The notes beneath the pieces are model-generated. The model was not told the origin of the DNA. It did not search any database and saw only the letters and a program-made list of their open reading frames with translations. Below, piece after piece: positions 1-16,943 of a stretch of 64,000 nucleotides of DNA (position 1 is the stretch's first letter; every line of letters begins with the position of its first letter). The translations under genes and the position numbers were made by a program. Source of the stretch: Ministeria vibrans ATCC 50519 (taxonomy: Eukaryota; Protista; Filasterea); assembly GCA_943704425.1 (NCBI GenBank), contig CALSCP010000904.1, positions 106,897 through 170,896 of the forward strand, read 5' to 3'.

Positions 1-101
1 CTCGTTTTGCTTGCGAATGGACTTGAGTCACATGAGTGGACGGACGGGACGGGGCGGCGCACGGAAGGGGGAGGGAGAGACAAGGAAGCGGATGCAGACA
101 T
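1..101 (-). CDS. Possible 5' end of a gene running off the left edge (Ser/Pro-rich N-terminus)
   Basis: The minus strand from the ATG at 101 reads MSASASLSLPPPSVRRPVPSVHSCDSSPFASKT, open to the window edge and divergent from TCTEX1D2. No domain is recognised. Confidence 0.25.
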   Translation of the reverse strand, partial: MSASASLSLPPPSVRRPVPSVHSCDSSPFASKT

Positions 102-487
102 GGGCTGGGGTCGATTCAGTGCATGATGGTTGAGGAAAGGAGAGAGAGAGAGATTGTGTGTGTGAGAGAGAGGACAACGCACCGTTTTCCCATTGTCCGT
201 GACGGCCGACACGATTTTGACGGTGTGGATCGCCGAGTCGTCCAGTGGGATCTTAGGGGGTGTTATCGACAAAGCCATTCGAAACTGAGAAAAATTAATG
301 ATGAAATTTGTTAAATGAATAATAATTTCACTCACATTTCACTCTAGTATATTATTGTATCCCCTTTCTTCCTTCTCTCTTTGCTCAGTGGCGTTGGTCT
401 TTACTGAGTAGTGAGTACTTTAGCCTCTTGCCGCTTGCGAGAGAATCGATCATCACTGTGTCATACATAACCTTCAGGACCCATTCC

Positions 488-1366
488 ATGGCTTCACTCA
501 CCGACACTCCGACTGAGAAGCTTCCTGAAGGCCTGGGCAGTAGCTACCACCTGAGACCTCACTTCAATCACAAGTACGCGCTATCGCACAAAGGGTTTTC
601 CTCGATTCTTCAACACTTTGTCGTCATGACAACCTTTTTTTTTGTTCTTGTTGCTCTACTTGCGTAGATTTCGTCCTGCCGCTGTCAAAGAAGTGATTCA
701 CAGGGTACTCCAAGACTCGCTAAGTGGGTTAAAATACGAATCGGATGAGTGTGGCAAGTGGTCAAGACAAATTTCGGACACACTTCGAGATCGATTGAAA
801 GGTACAGAAAAAGAAACATATTTCGCTACGCGCAATGCACGAGTATTCGCGTATTATATAAGTATGCATGAGTCCTTAAATGATATTTGTCCTTTGAAGC
901 TTTTTCTTACAAAATGAGATAAATTGTCCTTTGAGCCTTTTCTTACAATACTGTCACTTTCGAAATGATCTCTTTGTCATCTCTTTGACTTTGATGTGAT
1001 AAACAATAATAACAAGAAGAATACAACCCATTTATGAATGATACAGACACCACGCAAAGACAGAGCCAGACCGCCTTGTATTCTTCTTCTTCTAATAATA
1101 CTTAATCACTTTCGTAGAGCTGAAGATGGAACGGTACAAGTTTATAGTACAAGTACAGATTGGTGAGCAACGAGGCGAAGGTGTGCGAACAGCATGTCGG
1201 TGTCTGTGGGATGCTGACACAGACAGCTACGCACAAGATGTATTTGTGAACGTGAGTATCTAACACTACAAGGAGCAACAACGTGTTGTGTGATTATTGA
1301 GGTTGTCTCTTTCTGTAGGAGACATTTTTTTGTGTTGCCGCCGTTTTCGGAGTGTTCTACTACTGA
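488..1366 (+). CDS. TCTEX1D2: Dynein light chain Tctex-type (TCTEX1D2/DYNLT2B-like), 4 exons
   Basis: Spliced product ...SYHLRPHFNHK|FRPAAVKEVIHRVLQDSL...RDRLK|ELKMERYKFIVQVQIGEQRGEGVRTACRCLWDADTDSYAQDVFVN|...CVAAVFGVFYY* carries the Tctex-1 signature. Confidence 0.9.
1014..1088. mobile_element. 75-bp intronic element with perfect 13-bp terminal inverted repeats; member of a dispersed repeat family
   Basis: AAGAAGAATACAA (1014-1026) is the reverse complement of TTGTATTCTTCTT (1076-1088). The interior matches 41573-41625. Confidence 0.6.
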
Positions 1367-1434
1367 AAAGCGAGCGAAATGTGAATAGAGAGCGTTTTGT
1401 AAGAAGAGAAAAAAAAGAGAAAAAGAAATGTGTA

Positions 1435-4372
<2,938 letters not shown>

Positions 4373-4518
4373 ACGATCCCTCGCACACAGCACACACGCC
4401 TCGCCACGGCTGCCTGAATTGCTCACTACCAAAACAACTTCACCCTGCCTCACAGTGGCAGAGCGTAAGGCGTGCATCGAGGCGCATCGAGCACTGCGAC
4501 GGTGAGTAACGAAAACTT

Positions 4519-4562
<44 letters not shown>

Positions 4563-5079
4563 AGAGAGATAGAGAGAGATAGAGAAGAGAGAGTGCATAA
4601 ATTGTGTGACACATGCGACAGCACAGAGAACGCGCGGGTGCCAATACAAAGAAGACAGACCGCTCACCAACAACGTAGGTTGGAAAACAAAAAAAAAACG
4701 CGAACGTCTTTCATCATTCCCCGTTTGGCAGTTGGAGCGGAGAAGACGAAGATGAAAGCATGGCAAGACGAGAGACTGGCCATGGGGACCGCAGGGGGGT
4801 CTCAATCGCCGCCAGTCTGACTTGGATTCGCAACTAAAACCCCTCAAGCGCCGTACTTTGAGGTGGATTCCGCCGTCCAATGAGTGCGGGTCTTCCCGCT
4901 GAGGGGTCACCTTCGTCAGGCATCGAAACAGGTTCGCGGATCAAGGAAGAAGAAGAAATGAGTGGGAGTGCGCTGAGCCGCTGACTGGGCTGAGCAGGGA
5001 ACGGTAGTGACTATTAAGCCGAACTCATCAAAAACCTCAATTCAATAATCAATTTTTTTGGAATTCAACAACAGCAACG

Positions 5080-6225
5080 ATGGAGAGCCTTTTGAATGTA
5101 CCATTCAGTTCGGTAAGAAGGATGTGACTTTGTTACTATTTTGGAGAATCAACTTGTGGACATGTCGAAATGTGACAATATATGATACTGACTGTCTCTC
5201 TCTCTCTCTCTGTCTGACTGTCTGTCTGTCGCTCAGGTGCTCCGTACGCCCCCAATGAAGCTGCGTCTTCCTCGCGTGTCTGCCCCCTCGGTACCATTCT
5301 TGATTGTCGCTGGCTTCCACCCCCATTCGTTTTTTTTTTTTTTTTCTCTATCGCTCTTTGCCACGTTGAAACTGTCTCCTCTGCGCCGTAGGCCATGCAA
5401 GTGTACGCCGTTGTTCTTCTGGGATACTTCCTTGTTACAGCTGGCATCATCTACGACGTAATCATTGAGCCTCCGGCTATGGGACAGAAAGTTGACGAGC
5501 GCGGACGGATGCGGTAAACTTTCTTTTTCTCTTTGTGATGCGCTTTTCCCTATGAACGCGCCTTCAAGAGGCATCCTCAATGGCCCCACCCAACTAGTGT
5601 TGTGTGGTGATTTGGTGATGAGGCGAATCAGCCTCCGATTTGACCAATGGGTGTGTTTTTCACGTAAAGCTTACACATCGCTTTTTACCTTAGCTCGATG
5701 GTCTTTATGGAGTTTCGCATCAACGGACAATACATCATTGAGGGTCTCTCTGGTGCCCTCATGTACCTTCTTGGCGGGGTGGGGTTTATCGTGCTGGACA
5801 AATCCAACGACGTGACGCTCTCGACGCTCACACGCAACGTGTACATTGGCACCGCCTTCCTGCTCATCACTCTCGCCAGCTTCTCTCTCCGTGGCTTCAT
5901 TAAGATGAAGCTTCCGTAAGAAATCACCATATTGTCGAGCTCGACACACACACACTCTCTCTATCACTTTGTCTCTCTCTATCACTTCGTTTCTTTCTCA
6001 ATCACTTTCTCTCTCTCTCTCTATCACTTCGTTTCTTTCTCAATCACTTTCTCTCTCTCTATCACTTTGTTTTTTTCTCCTCTCCCTCTCTCTCTCTCTC
6101 TTCCCTCTATATCGCTTTGTTTCTTTCTCCTCTCTTTCTATCACTTTGTTTCTTTCTTTCTCTCTCTAATGCTTCTTTTTTTTCTTCGTTGTTTTGTGCA
6201 CAGGAACTATATGACAATTGAATAA
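5080..6225 (+). CDS. OSTC: Oligosaccharyltransferase complex subunit OSTC/DC2
   Basis: [20 protein letters not shown] and [11 protein letters not shown]...GGVGFIVLD...FIKMKLP motifs. Confidence 0.9.
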
Positions 6226-6260
6226 AAGGAAACCAAATCACATTTTTTCAAAATAGTTCC

Positions 6261-8456
<2,196 letters not shown>

Positions 8457-8700
8457 CGCAGTCAAGTCAACGAAAAAGAGTAAGCGAAGATGACTAAAAC
8501 CTGAAGATGAAACAATCGAAGCGACCTCTGACACACACTGACTGACACTATTACTGCAAGTCTGCCACAGAAATGAGAAAAGAGAAGAGCGGACTGAGAT
8601 CATCACGCTGAGCGTCGAGTGAGAACTCTGAGAAAGAGTTAGAACTTAGATCGAAATAATTATTCTTTTTTTCTCTTCACTCATTCACATTTGAAATACA

Positions 8701-9353
8701 ATGCAAGGGTGCTGTAGACGAGTAGTAACCCTCCTGGTTGCGCTGGCCGTGTTTCTTTCCTGTGCTGCTCCAGCTTTGGCAACATCCCGTACGTCGAGTG
8801 CGCTTGTTACTTTCCGACTCACTCTCCTTCCCCCCAACCTCCTTGTAGCGGTTGCCTGTGTGATGCAAAGGCTACAAGAGCCAACTATTCGATGTGACGA
8901 CTGCATTTCCAAGTCTGGCTGTGTCTGGTGCCCTCATCCCGTTGTACGAGAGAGCGAGGAAGTTTTCAAGACACCTTTTGGAAGACATAACGTCTCTCCT
9001 GTAGATCACATACGGTGCAGGAATACACTTTTCGTCTGGTGCGTGTGTCTCTGGTTCGTGGGATGGACCCAGCGACGACCACCAGTGTGTGTATGACAAT
9101 GTAAGACGCTGAACAAAAGACACTCTTACAGTCCGACAACACTCTCATCTTTCTTTCTCTGTAGACGGGTGCGATCATTGTGTGTGTCCAGTGTCAATCG
9201 AGCAAGTGGTATTGGGGCGAGTGCAGCCTGATCAATCCAGCGCTGTACGGCATTGCCGGGGGCATTGCTCTTGCTGTCCTTATCGTCATTTCCGTGTGCC
9301 TGTGTCGCATCTGCCTTGCCCGTCGGCGCAGCCGTTACTACGCCATCCAATGA
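8701..9353 (+). CDS. Small type I membrane protein with a PSI-like Cys-rich ectodomain (PTTG1IP-like)
   Basis: Signal peptide, CDDCISKSGCVWC, CQSSKWYWGEC, TM segment LYGIAGGIALAVLIVISVCLC and basic tail RRRSRYYAIQ*. Confidence 0.65.
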
Positions 9354-9496
9354 GACTCAGAAGGAGAGAAGATTGCGCTTCTCTCGTAATGATCTCTGTG
9401 CCGCGTCTGTGGGCACTGTGTATTATTAGAATTTTGTTGTACGTTACAATTACTGTAGAATTTTTTTGGTCATCAAATTGCTTGTGCTCTCCTCCC

Positions 9497-10099
9497 TCAC
9501 GTTCGACCGCGAACGACCGGCGAAGCAGAGGCAGCACGAGTGCGACGGTTGACAGGAGATTGAAGCAAATTAATAGACTGCTTCAGACGCACCGACGACT
9601 GTAACAGGCTGGAAATCTCCTGCAGCAACCAACAATCAACATCGAGTCAGCTTTCGACACTCACACCCTACTGGCCATTGTTCACCAACCTTGAAGTGGG
9701 CCAGCGAGCCGGCAATCTGCGCGACGGCCCCCACCGCGTACTCCATGTCGTACAGCATGCCCTCCACAAGTTCGTTCGTCCCTGTCAACTCCCTCTCCTG
9801 CTCCGCAATTTCCGGAATCCGCCGTCTCCCGTGCTCGTGCACACGATACAACCCGATGCTTGGCTCATTCGCAAGCAGCCCGAGCTCCTCCAGCGTAGTA
9901 TTGACAACTTCAAAATTCATTTGTTATCTTTTTCGTTTTCTCCTGCGTGCCACATACCCTTGCGACATTTAATTCCCGAATCCAGATCGGGCTGAAGACC
10001 GTGTGAGGGTCCGCCAGAGCCAATGGAGGGAGACCGTTCAGCCCGGCCCGTTTCGTCACGACGCGGACTCATAAATCGCCACTGAGCTGTTGCCGACAT
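9497..10099 (-). CDS. BORCS8: BLOC-1-related complex subunit 8 (BORCS8/MEF2BNB), 3 exons
   Basis: Spliced IKCRK|VVNTTLEELGLLANEPSIGLYRVHEHGRRRIPE...LYDMEYA matches the BORCS8 NEPSxxLYRxxEH motif. Confidence 0.85.
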
Positions 10100-10346
10100 A
10101 TCCAGAGATGTTCTTGAGAAATAAGAGCGCGCGGGAGAGACAGCCGTCGCGACGGTCCCAGATCAAGACAGTGCTGTGGCATGTGTTGAATTAGAACATG
10201 NNNNNNNNNNGGGGGGGGGGCAACGTCACAAGTGAAGTCGGAGAAAGAATTCAACAAAATTGAAACAAACTTTGAATAATGACTCCTCGATTCGTATTGG
10301 AACTTTGAAAGGTTGAAGGTTGAATTTTGAAACGAATGATGATACA

Positions 10347-11558
10347 TTAACAACGGATCCCTCTTTCAGCCTCCACAATCCACAGTCAGTCAACCATCAA
10401 CAATAGTACATGACTCACAAGAAACTTGTCGGGAGTTCCTGTCACGTCTTGACGTGCAATCTGTCAGTTAGTACTTGCACATAATCTGTCAATTTTTTGA
10501 AAAAATAAAAGAGGGGGGGAAACTGTATACAACATAAGAATATGTGATTGGAAGTGATGATAACGCTTAGTCAGAGTAGCCCAGAGTGGAGGCGGAAATC
10601 TATATAAAAAAACATAAAATAAAACAAAGAGTCAAAAGCAAGTCGACGGAAGCAAACACGAAACGACCGACACACATAGACGCTTCACAAATGACCATCC
10701 GGCCTTTTGTCACGACACTCGCAGTAAAACATACGAAACAACGAAAACACTGTTTGTTGTGCATCTCTTGGTCTCGTTGACTCTTTCTTAGTCTTCTTCT
10801 CTCTCTCTCTTTCTGTCTCCCTTTCTGTCTCTCACGTCTCCCTAAATTTCATACCTGAGGTCCAATCAACGGGTTCATTTGTGCCATGTATGCACAGAGC
10901 CAGAAAAGCCAGAGACACACACAAGTCAAAATGATACTTGACCGAAAGATTCTAAAGGTGCATTCGCGTTGAGTTAGACGACGCTACTATCCACACTGCA
11001 ACTATGAGCACAGACCAATCGGCCACAGAGTGGGTGCTTGGCGAGGACACGGCAGCAGCGAGGCGCGACGAGCCCGCAACGGCCCAACACACGGACTTGT
11101 CATCGCCGCAAGCGAAAATCAAGAGAAAAAAAAAAAAAAAAAAGGGGGGGAACGCAGTTGACAGCAAAGGAACAGGTTGGCGCTGGTTCGTGGACATCGA
11201 AAGGTACTCTTGCAGACATACTGAACAAATGTCGCCGTCTCCTACTCACACTGATGACTGTGCGAGTAGAAGAGACGGAAGAAGCAATTTTTTCTCTTTT
11301 TTTCGGCATCCAAAGCACTGGGTGACACCACGACGAAGGCTGCGCCGGAGAGGCGCGCCCGATTCACTCAAGGAGCAACCCCACCCCCCCGGCCCGACGG
11401 GCGCGGCATGGCGGGCGCAGGGAGCGCACAAACAGACGAGAAGATTCATACCCAATGTTTTCGTTCTTGACTTTGCGCGAGCCAAAAATGGCACCAAGAA
11501 CGGCAACAGCTGCGAAGAATGCCGTGAACAGTACGATCACGAGGTTGGGCGACACCAT
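10347..11558 (-). CDS. ATP6V0E: V-type ATPase V0 subunit e (Vma9); last exons tentative
   Basis: Exon 1 is a TM helix (MVSPNLVIVLFTAFFAAVAVLGAIF). Exon 2 (about 10856-10952) reads IFRSSIILTCVCLWLFWLCAYMAQMNPLIGPQ, the subunit e signature. Confidence 0.85.
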
Positions 11559-11756
11559 TTCGTAAAATATATTAAAATATTAAAATTGTTTAAAGTTTTT
11601 GATAATTATTGATCTTTATTACTTTTCTGTGTTCTCTCTCTTATCGCTTTTTTTCTTTACCCAGTGTAGTGCTCTTCCTTACGACAAGAACACTCCCTGC
11701 CTGCTTCTGCATCCCTTTAAAACGCAACATACGAAAAAACACAAGTCACATCTCAT

Positions 11757-13306
11757 ATGCCGATGAAGGCTCTTATCCTTGTTGGTGGATTCGGGACGCG
11801 CCTGAGGCCACTGACGCTGTCGATGCCAAAGCCATTGGTGCCTTTTGCCAATCGCCCGATGCTTGTTCACCAACTGGACGCGCTTGCAAAGGTAAACGGC
11901 AATCTTCATTACAATGGCCGTTCTCGTTGCGATGGCGATCCTCTCGCCACAAAGGCTGAGCTGCTGCTGCTGCTGCTGCCTGATATCTGGTGGATGTCTG
12001 TCCACCCTTATGACTCGCCCTCCCACCGCTGCGGTTGCGTCAACACGGCTTGAGGCGAATCCCTACGTGTCATTTTTTTTTTTGCCGTCCTTCATTTTTC
12101 ATTCTCGCGCTTGTTGTAGGCCGGAGTTGACCATGTGATCCTGGCTGTCAACTACAGAGCAGAAGTGATGGAACGCGAGCTTCGATGCTACGAGAAGGAG
12201 GTACAATTTGTCGATTCTTGTGAATTGAGTCTCATGTGTTTGCTATGCAGTTCAACATCAAAATCACCATCTCCCAAGAGACCGAGCCCCTCGGCACTGG
12301 TACGCGTGTCTTGAAAATGACATGGTGGTCCAAATTTGACCCCGCTTCTTTGTTCGTGTTTCTGTAGCGGGCCCTTTGAAGTTGGCGGAAGAACACTTGC
12401 GCGGAACCGAACCGTTTTTTGTGCTCAACAGTGATGTCGTGTGTTTGTTTCCCTTCAAGGAGATGGCCGAGTTTCACTTGAAGCACCAACGTGAAGGGAC
12501 CATTATGGTACGTGTAGATTTCGATATTGCTGCTCTGTTTTACTTCTCTATCACTTTGTTTCTACACTTTGTACACACACGCACAGAGACACACTTATTT
12601 TGTTCTATCTCTCTCATTTTGTTTCTCTCTATAACTATCACTGTATTTCTCTCTTCCTTTTCTCTTGACTGTAGATGACCAAAGTGGACGAACCGTCCAA
12701 GTATGGTGTCTTGGTGTACGACCAAAGCTCGGGTGAAATCCAACGATTTGTGGAGAAACCACAGACGTTTGTGTCGAACAAGATCAACGCAGGACTGTAC
12801 CTGTTTAACCCGGCCATTTTGGACCGCATTGAGGTGCTTATTCTGTGTCTGACTGTATATATCTGTGTGTGTTACTGATGTACTTCTGTGATGGTATGTC
12901 ATTGGCCTGCAGTGCCGCCCTACGTCGATTGAGAAGGAGATCTTCCCTGTGATGGCGTCTGAGAAGCAACTGTGTGCAATGGACCTGGTGGGGTTTTGGA
13001 TGGACGTGGGGCAGCCCAAGGACTATCTGCTGGGCATGTCGCTATACCTATCGGCCGTACACAACGCCCAGCCCACCGACCTCCACTCCGGCCCGGGCAT
13101 CATTCCACCCGTCATGGTCGTACGTGCCTTACACTAATGATATACATATGCACTTTCCTTATTCGTTGGAGTGTAGGACCCTTCTGCAAAGATTGGCAAG
13201 GACTGCCAGATTGGCCCACACGTTGTCATCGGACCCAACGTAGTCATTGAAGACGGTACACGCACACAAAGATAAATGAATAATAATAATAATAGTATAA
13301 TTTTAA

Positions 13307-13358
<52 letters not shown>

Positions 13359-13367
13359 GTTATAATA

Positions 13368-13443
<76 letters not shown>

Positions 13444-13711
13444 GAAATGAATTGCTGATGGAGGAATGGATGTAGGCGTGCGGATCCATCGGTCGACCGT
13501 GATGGACGGGACAGTGGTCAAGTCGCACTCGTGGATCAAGCAGAGCATCGTGGGATGGCGCTGTCGTGTGGGGCGATGGGTGCGCATGGAGAACGTCACG
13601 GTGCTGGGCGAAGACGTACAGATTGCTGACGAGGTTTATGTTAACGGCGGCCGTGTGTTGCCTCACAAGGGCATCAATGCGTCCATTCCCGAGCCCGCCA
13701 TTATTATGTAG
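11757..13711 (+). CDS. GMPPB: Mannose-1-phosphate guanylyltransferase beta
   Basis: [54 protein letters not shown] and C-terminal hexapeptide repeats ending IIM*. Confidence 0.97.
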
Positions 13712-13747
13712 ACAATAAAATAATCGTTTTCTTTTTTTTTTACTTTA

Positions 13748-15028
13748 CTACTCTTCTTCGTCGTCGTTTGGCACCAGCTGTGTCTCCACCAACACAATCT
13801 GGGGGTTCGTGAGGGCATCCCAGAAGGCAAGGACAGTCGTGAGCGCACACGTGACGTTGAACAGGCGCACAGGCAGTCGAGCAAACACGGCCACTAAACT
13901 GGGCACTGTCTCGCCAAACAGATACACTATCGCAAATCGCACCGCCGAAAATGCAAGCACCGAAAACGATCCCCCACGCTTCTCTTCCGAGTTCCAGAAC
14001 ACTGTGCATCCAAAAAAGATAAACACACATCAACAAAACAAACGACGCCACTCACTCCGTTCGTTACATACCACTGAAGAACATGGGGAGAGCAATGAGA
14101 AACGAAAACCAACCGAAGACTACACAAAGACAAAGGGGAGACATCGAGATGAGTTGAGCGGAAATTCAGCCGCTTGCTTCGTCCGTGCGTACTGTCAGAG
14201 TAGAGTTCGCGATTGCGCAAAGTCAGAGTAGTCATCAGAAACTTTTTCAGCGGTAGCTCAGAGGAGCTCCACTCAATAAAGACCAACGTGAGAAACTCAA
14301 CAAGAAGGAGCAGGTTGAGGATCGAGCGCGTGGTGGCCAGCCATGCCATGCTAGCGCGTTCCTGAACAGCCAAAAAAAAAAAAAATCGAGAATCGTTATG
14401 AGTTATGACGTTTTTTTTTTGTTTTTTTTTGTTTTTTGCTCTTTTTTTTTGAACTTGATATGGTCACAAATAAGGCGATTCAGGTGCCTTCTAATGGTGT
14501 GGCAGTTGTGTATCAATAGACCAACACGTACCTCCTCTTCGTCGAGGCGATCCAGGTCGAGGGGAGCCCGTACCGCCGATTCGTCGTCGCCGTCGTCGTC
14601 GTTTTCAACTTCGCTTTCTTGCACCTCCGCCTCCTCGCTCCCACTCTCCTCCTCCGCGCCTCCTTCTTCTTCTTCTCCGCTCGACTGGCTTCCAGATTCA
14701 TATTCACTCACGTCGTCGGGTCGTGCGCCCCCGTCGTCGTCCACTGTGCGACCCACAATCAAATATCCTGTAACGTTGATTCGCTTGCTTGTTGAGACAG
14801 CCGNNNNNNNNNNCAGCCATGCCATGCTAGCGCGTTCCTGAACAGCCAAAAAAAAAAAAATCGAGAATCGTTATGAGTTATGACGTTTTTTTTTTTGTTT
14901 TTTTTTTTTTTTTTTTTTTTTGTACTCAATCGCTGAATAAGAACACGCTTGGTGCCTGAAGAGGCAAGGCCGCGTTCGCGTGCAAGACGGCGCAAGTCGT
15001 TGAATTGAAGGTCTTCGAGAGATGACAT
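13748..15028 (-). CDS. Putative SAP-domain multi-pass membrane protein (locally misassembled)
   Basis: N-terminal LEDLQFNDLRRLARERGLASSGTKRVLIQRL (SAP motif), an acidic linker exon at about 14530-14800, and hydrophobic exons at 13748-14360. Confidence 0.55.
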
Positions 15029-15159
15029 AGGAAAAGAATAAAAAGATGAAAGATGTAGTGCGCACAACAGACAACAGTCAACAGTCAACACAGAGAAGAT
15101 AAAATTAATATAATAATGAATATATTTTATTATTGTTCTTATTGTGTTCTTATTCACAC

Positions 15160-15670
15160 GTCCAAGAACCTGAGCAAGATAAATAACAAGATGCCGAAAA
15201 GATCCGGGCAAGTGATGGCTGTGATGCTGCTGGTGCGCTGCAACACACTCATCGAGCACCACCTGCATCCGCCGAGGTAGGATGGGCCCAGCCTTCGCAT
15301 TCCCGCCGGTGCGACGGCCAACACATTACTGTGTCACGCGTGCGCAGCCGTCCCACAAGCACAACAGCAGCGACAACAGCAACAACAACAACCGCAACAA
15401 CCACCGCTGGCCACGGAGAGCCCAGAACACTTCCGGCTCCACTGTGCTCACCCAGTGGTGTACCGACACGACTCGCTGGTCGGCAAGACCCTTGCCGAGG
15501 CACTGCGCGCGACCAACGACACACACTATGAAGTATTTCGTCCCCTGGGGGATATGTACAAACGCTTCATCGTCGCCGTCAGCACCACCCGATGATTCAC
15601 CCGCCCGAACCCCGCGCTTCATTCTCCCCTTGACCATTAATAAGTGGGTTGTAGTCTTCTTCTTCTTCTA
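15160..15670 (+). mobile_element. Degenerate 3' end of a non-LTR retrotransposon (CCHC zinc knuckle plus TTC tail)
   Basis: One frame reads LLVRCNTL..(stop)..LLCHAC...TESPEHFRLHC...STTR*, then CATTAATAAGTGGGTTGTAG(TCT)n. CxxC...ExxEHxxxxC is the typical LINE ORF2 C-terminus. Confidence 0.65.
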
Positions 15671-16226
15671 ATTAATAGTGAAGAGTAATACAATGCTTCC
15701 GCCATATAGGCTACTGAGATGAAACGACAACATTTGACCGAGATAAATTCCAGAGAAAGTAAGCGAACAATCAAACGAATGAAGCGAATGAAATAAAATA
15801 AAACACAAGTTGTCTTCGATCTGGGTTTGTTGTGAGCTCATTCGATTGTATTTTGATTCAGTCAGATTACGTGCCGGTACAGTGTACTGTCCGGGATCCA
15901 GTCGCTATCATGTTGTCGCATAATAAACTCGGTTGTCATGTGAAGTCAATCTTCTTCTTCTTCAACGTTTTCGACACAAACTTTGCAACCCAATTATGGC
16001 CGACAATATGCCGCAGGAATGCGATACAAACCGTCGTGAAGACGATGAAAATCTCCAAATGAGGTAAACGAGAAAAATACCGCTCTATTTTGGCGAGTGT
16101 CTCGAATCTGTCCATGCATCGTTAAACGTGAAGGATCTTTTACAATGGCTACAATACGTGTACCGTGTACTGCACGTCAGGGACTGTAGTGGAAAAGAAA
16201 CGAGAGAAAACGAAGGGAAACATTAG

Positions 16227-16943
16227 CTAACCCTAACCCTGACCCGAGACATGAACTTTACGATTGTATTCAGACGTTTAACACATACTCAAGCAGCTTA
16301 TGGGGCCCACTCGGACAACATCGCGATCCTCAACACACACATCAAACACAAGCAGCCGCTTCGGATGGCTAGATTGTCTTGTACAATGAAGCTTTTGCCC
16401 TAGGGACTTCCAAAAAAAAAAACATCAAACACAAACACACAAAAGTTGATACTACAAGCAACACCAAAAAAACAAATTCCAAGACAACACACACAGTATC
16501 AAAACCTAAATATATCACAAACAAAAAACAAAACAAACACACACAAAAGTAATAAGAAAACGCCACAAAAACAGAGACAAAAACAATAAAAACAGTCACA
16601 ACATGCTCAGCCGGCGTACACAGCTACAAGGACACACGTCAAAGCTCAAATGACCGAACCGCACCATATAACCCTAACCAAAACATGAACTTTACGATTG
16701 TATTCAGACATTTAACACATACTCAAGCAGCTTATGGGGCCCACTCGGAATACATCGCGATCCTCAACACACACATCAAACACAAACACACACAAGAGGA
16801 TACTACAAGCAACACCAAAGAACAAATTCCAAGACAACACATATAATATCAAAAAAAAACAATCACAAACATTAACAAATCAACACAGTCACACACAAAA
16901 GTAATAAAAAGCATATACCCCTAACCCTAACCCTAACCCTAAA
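16227..16943 (+). repeat. Interstitial telomeric (CCCTAA) repeats interleaved with two tandem copies of a CA-rich unit
   Basis: CTAACCCTAACCCTGACCC at 16227, ACCCTAACC at 16671 and about four CCCTAA at 16918-16943. A unit starting CATGAACTTTACGATTGTATTCAGAC occurs at about 16250 and 16684. Confidence 0.85.

Noticed and set aside
4780-4960. RNase P-like CCAAGTCAGACT (minus strand) in a GC-rich stretch
   Set aside because: No matching CR-I partner was found; it is more likely the CCR4 5' region.
5612-5648. C/D-box-like TTGG-TGATGA...TTGA-CCAA in an OSTC intron
   Set aside because: Too short for a guide snoRNA, and the D box is imperfect; unsupported without a covariance search.
10030-10080. 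Hammerhead-like ATGAGTC..GACGAAAC on the minus strand
   Set aside because: The core reads TTTATGA rather than CTGATGA, stem III does not close, and the region is BORCS8 exon 1.
10144-10200. 57-bp exact copy of CIAO1 sequence 7189-7245
   Set aside because: It ends at an N-gap, lies about 3 kb from its source and follows GAGACAG (like a transposase adapter end). It is probably a mate-pair junction chimera.
14338-14900. Direct repeat of about 14338-14420 at 14814-14900
   Set aside because: The copy starts exactly at an N-gap and ends in poly-T, which indicates an assembly artefact.
15326-15637. Minus-strand 103-aa ORF (MVKGRMKRG...)
   Set aside because: It is the antisense shadow of the LINE zinc-knuckle remnant on the plus strand.
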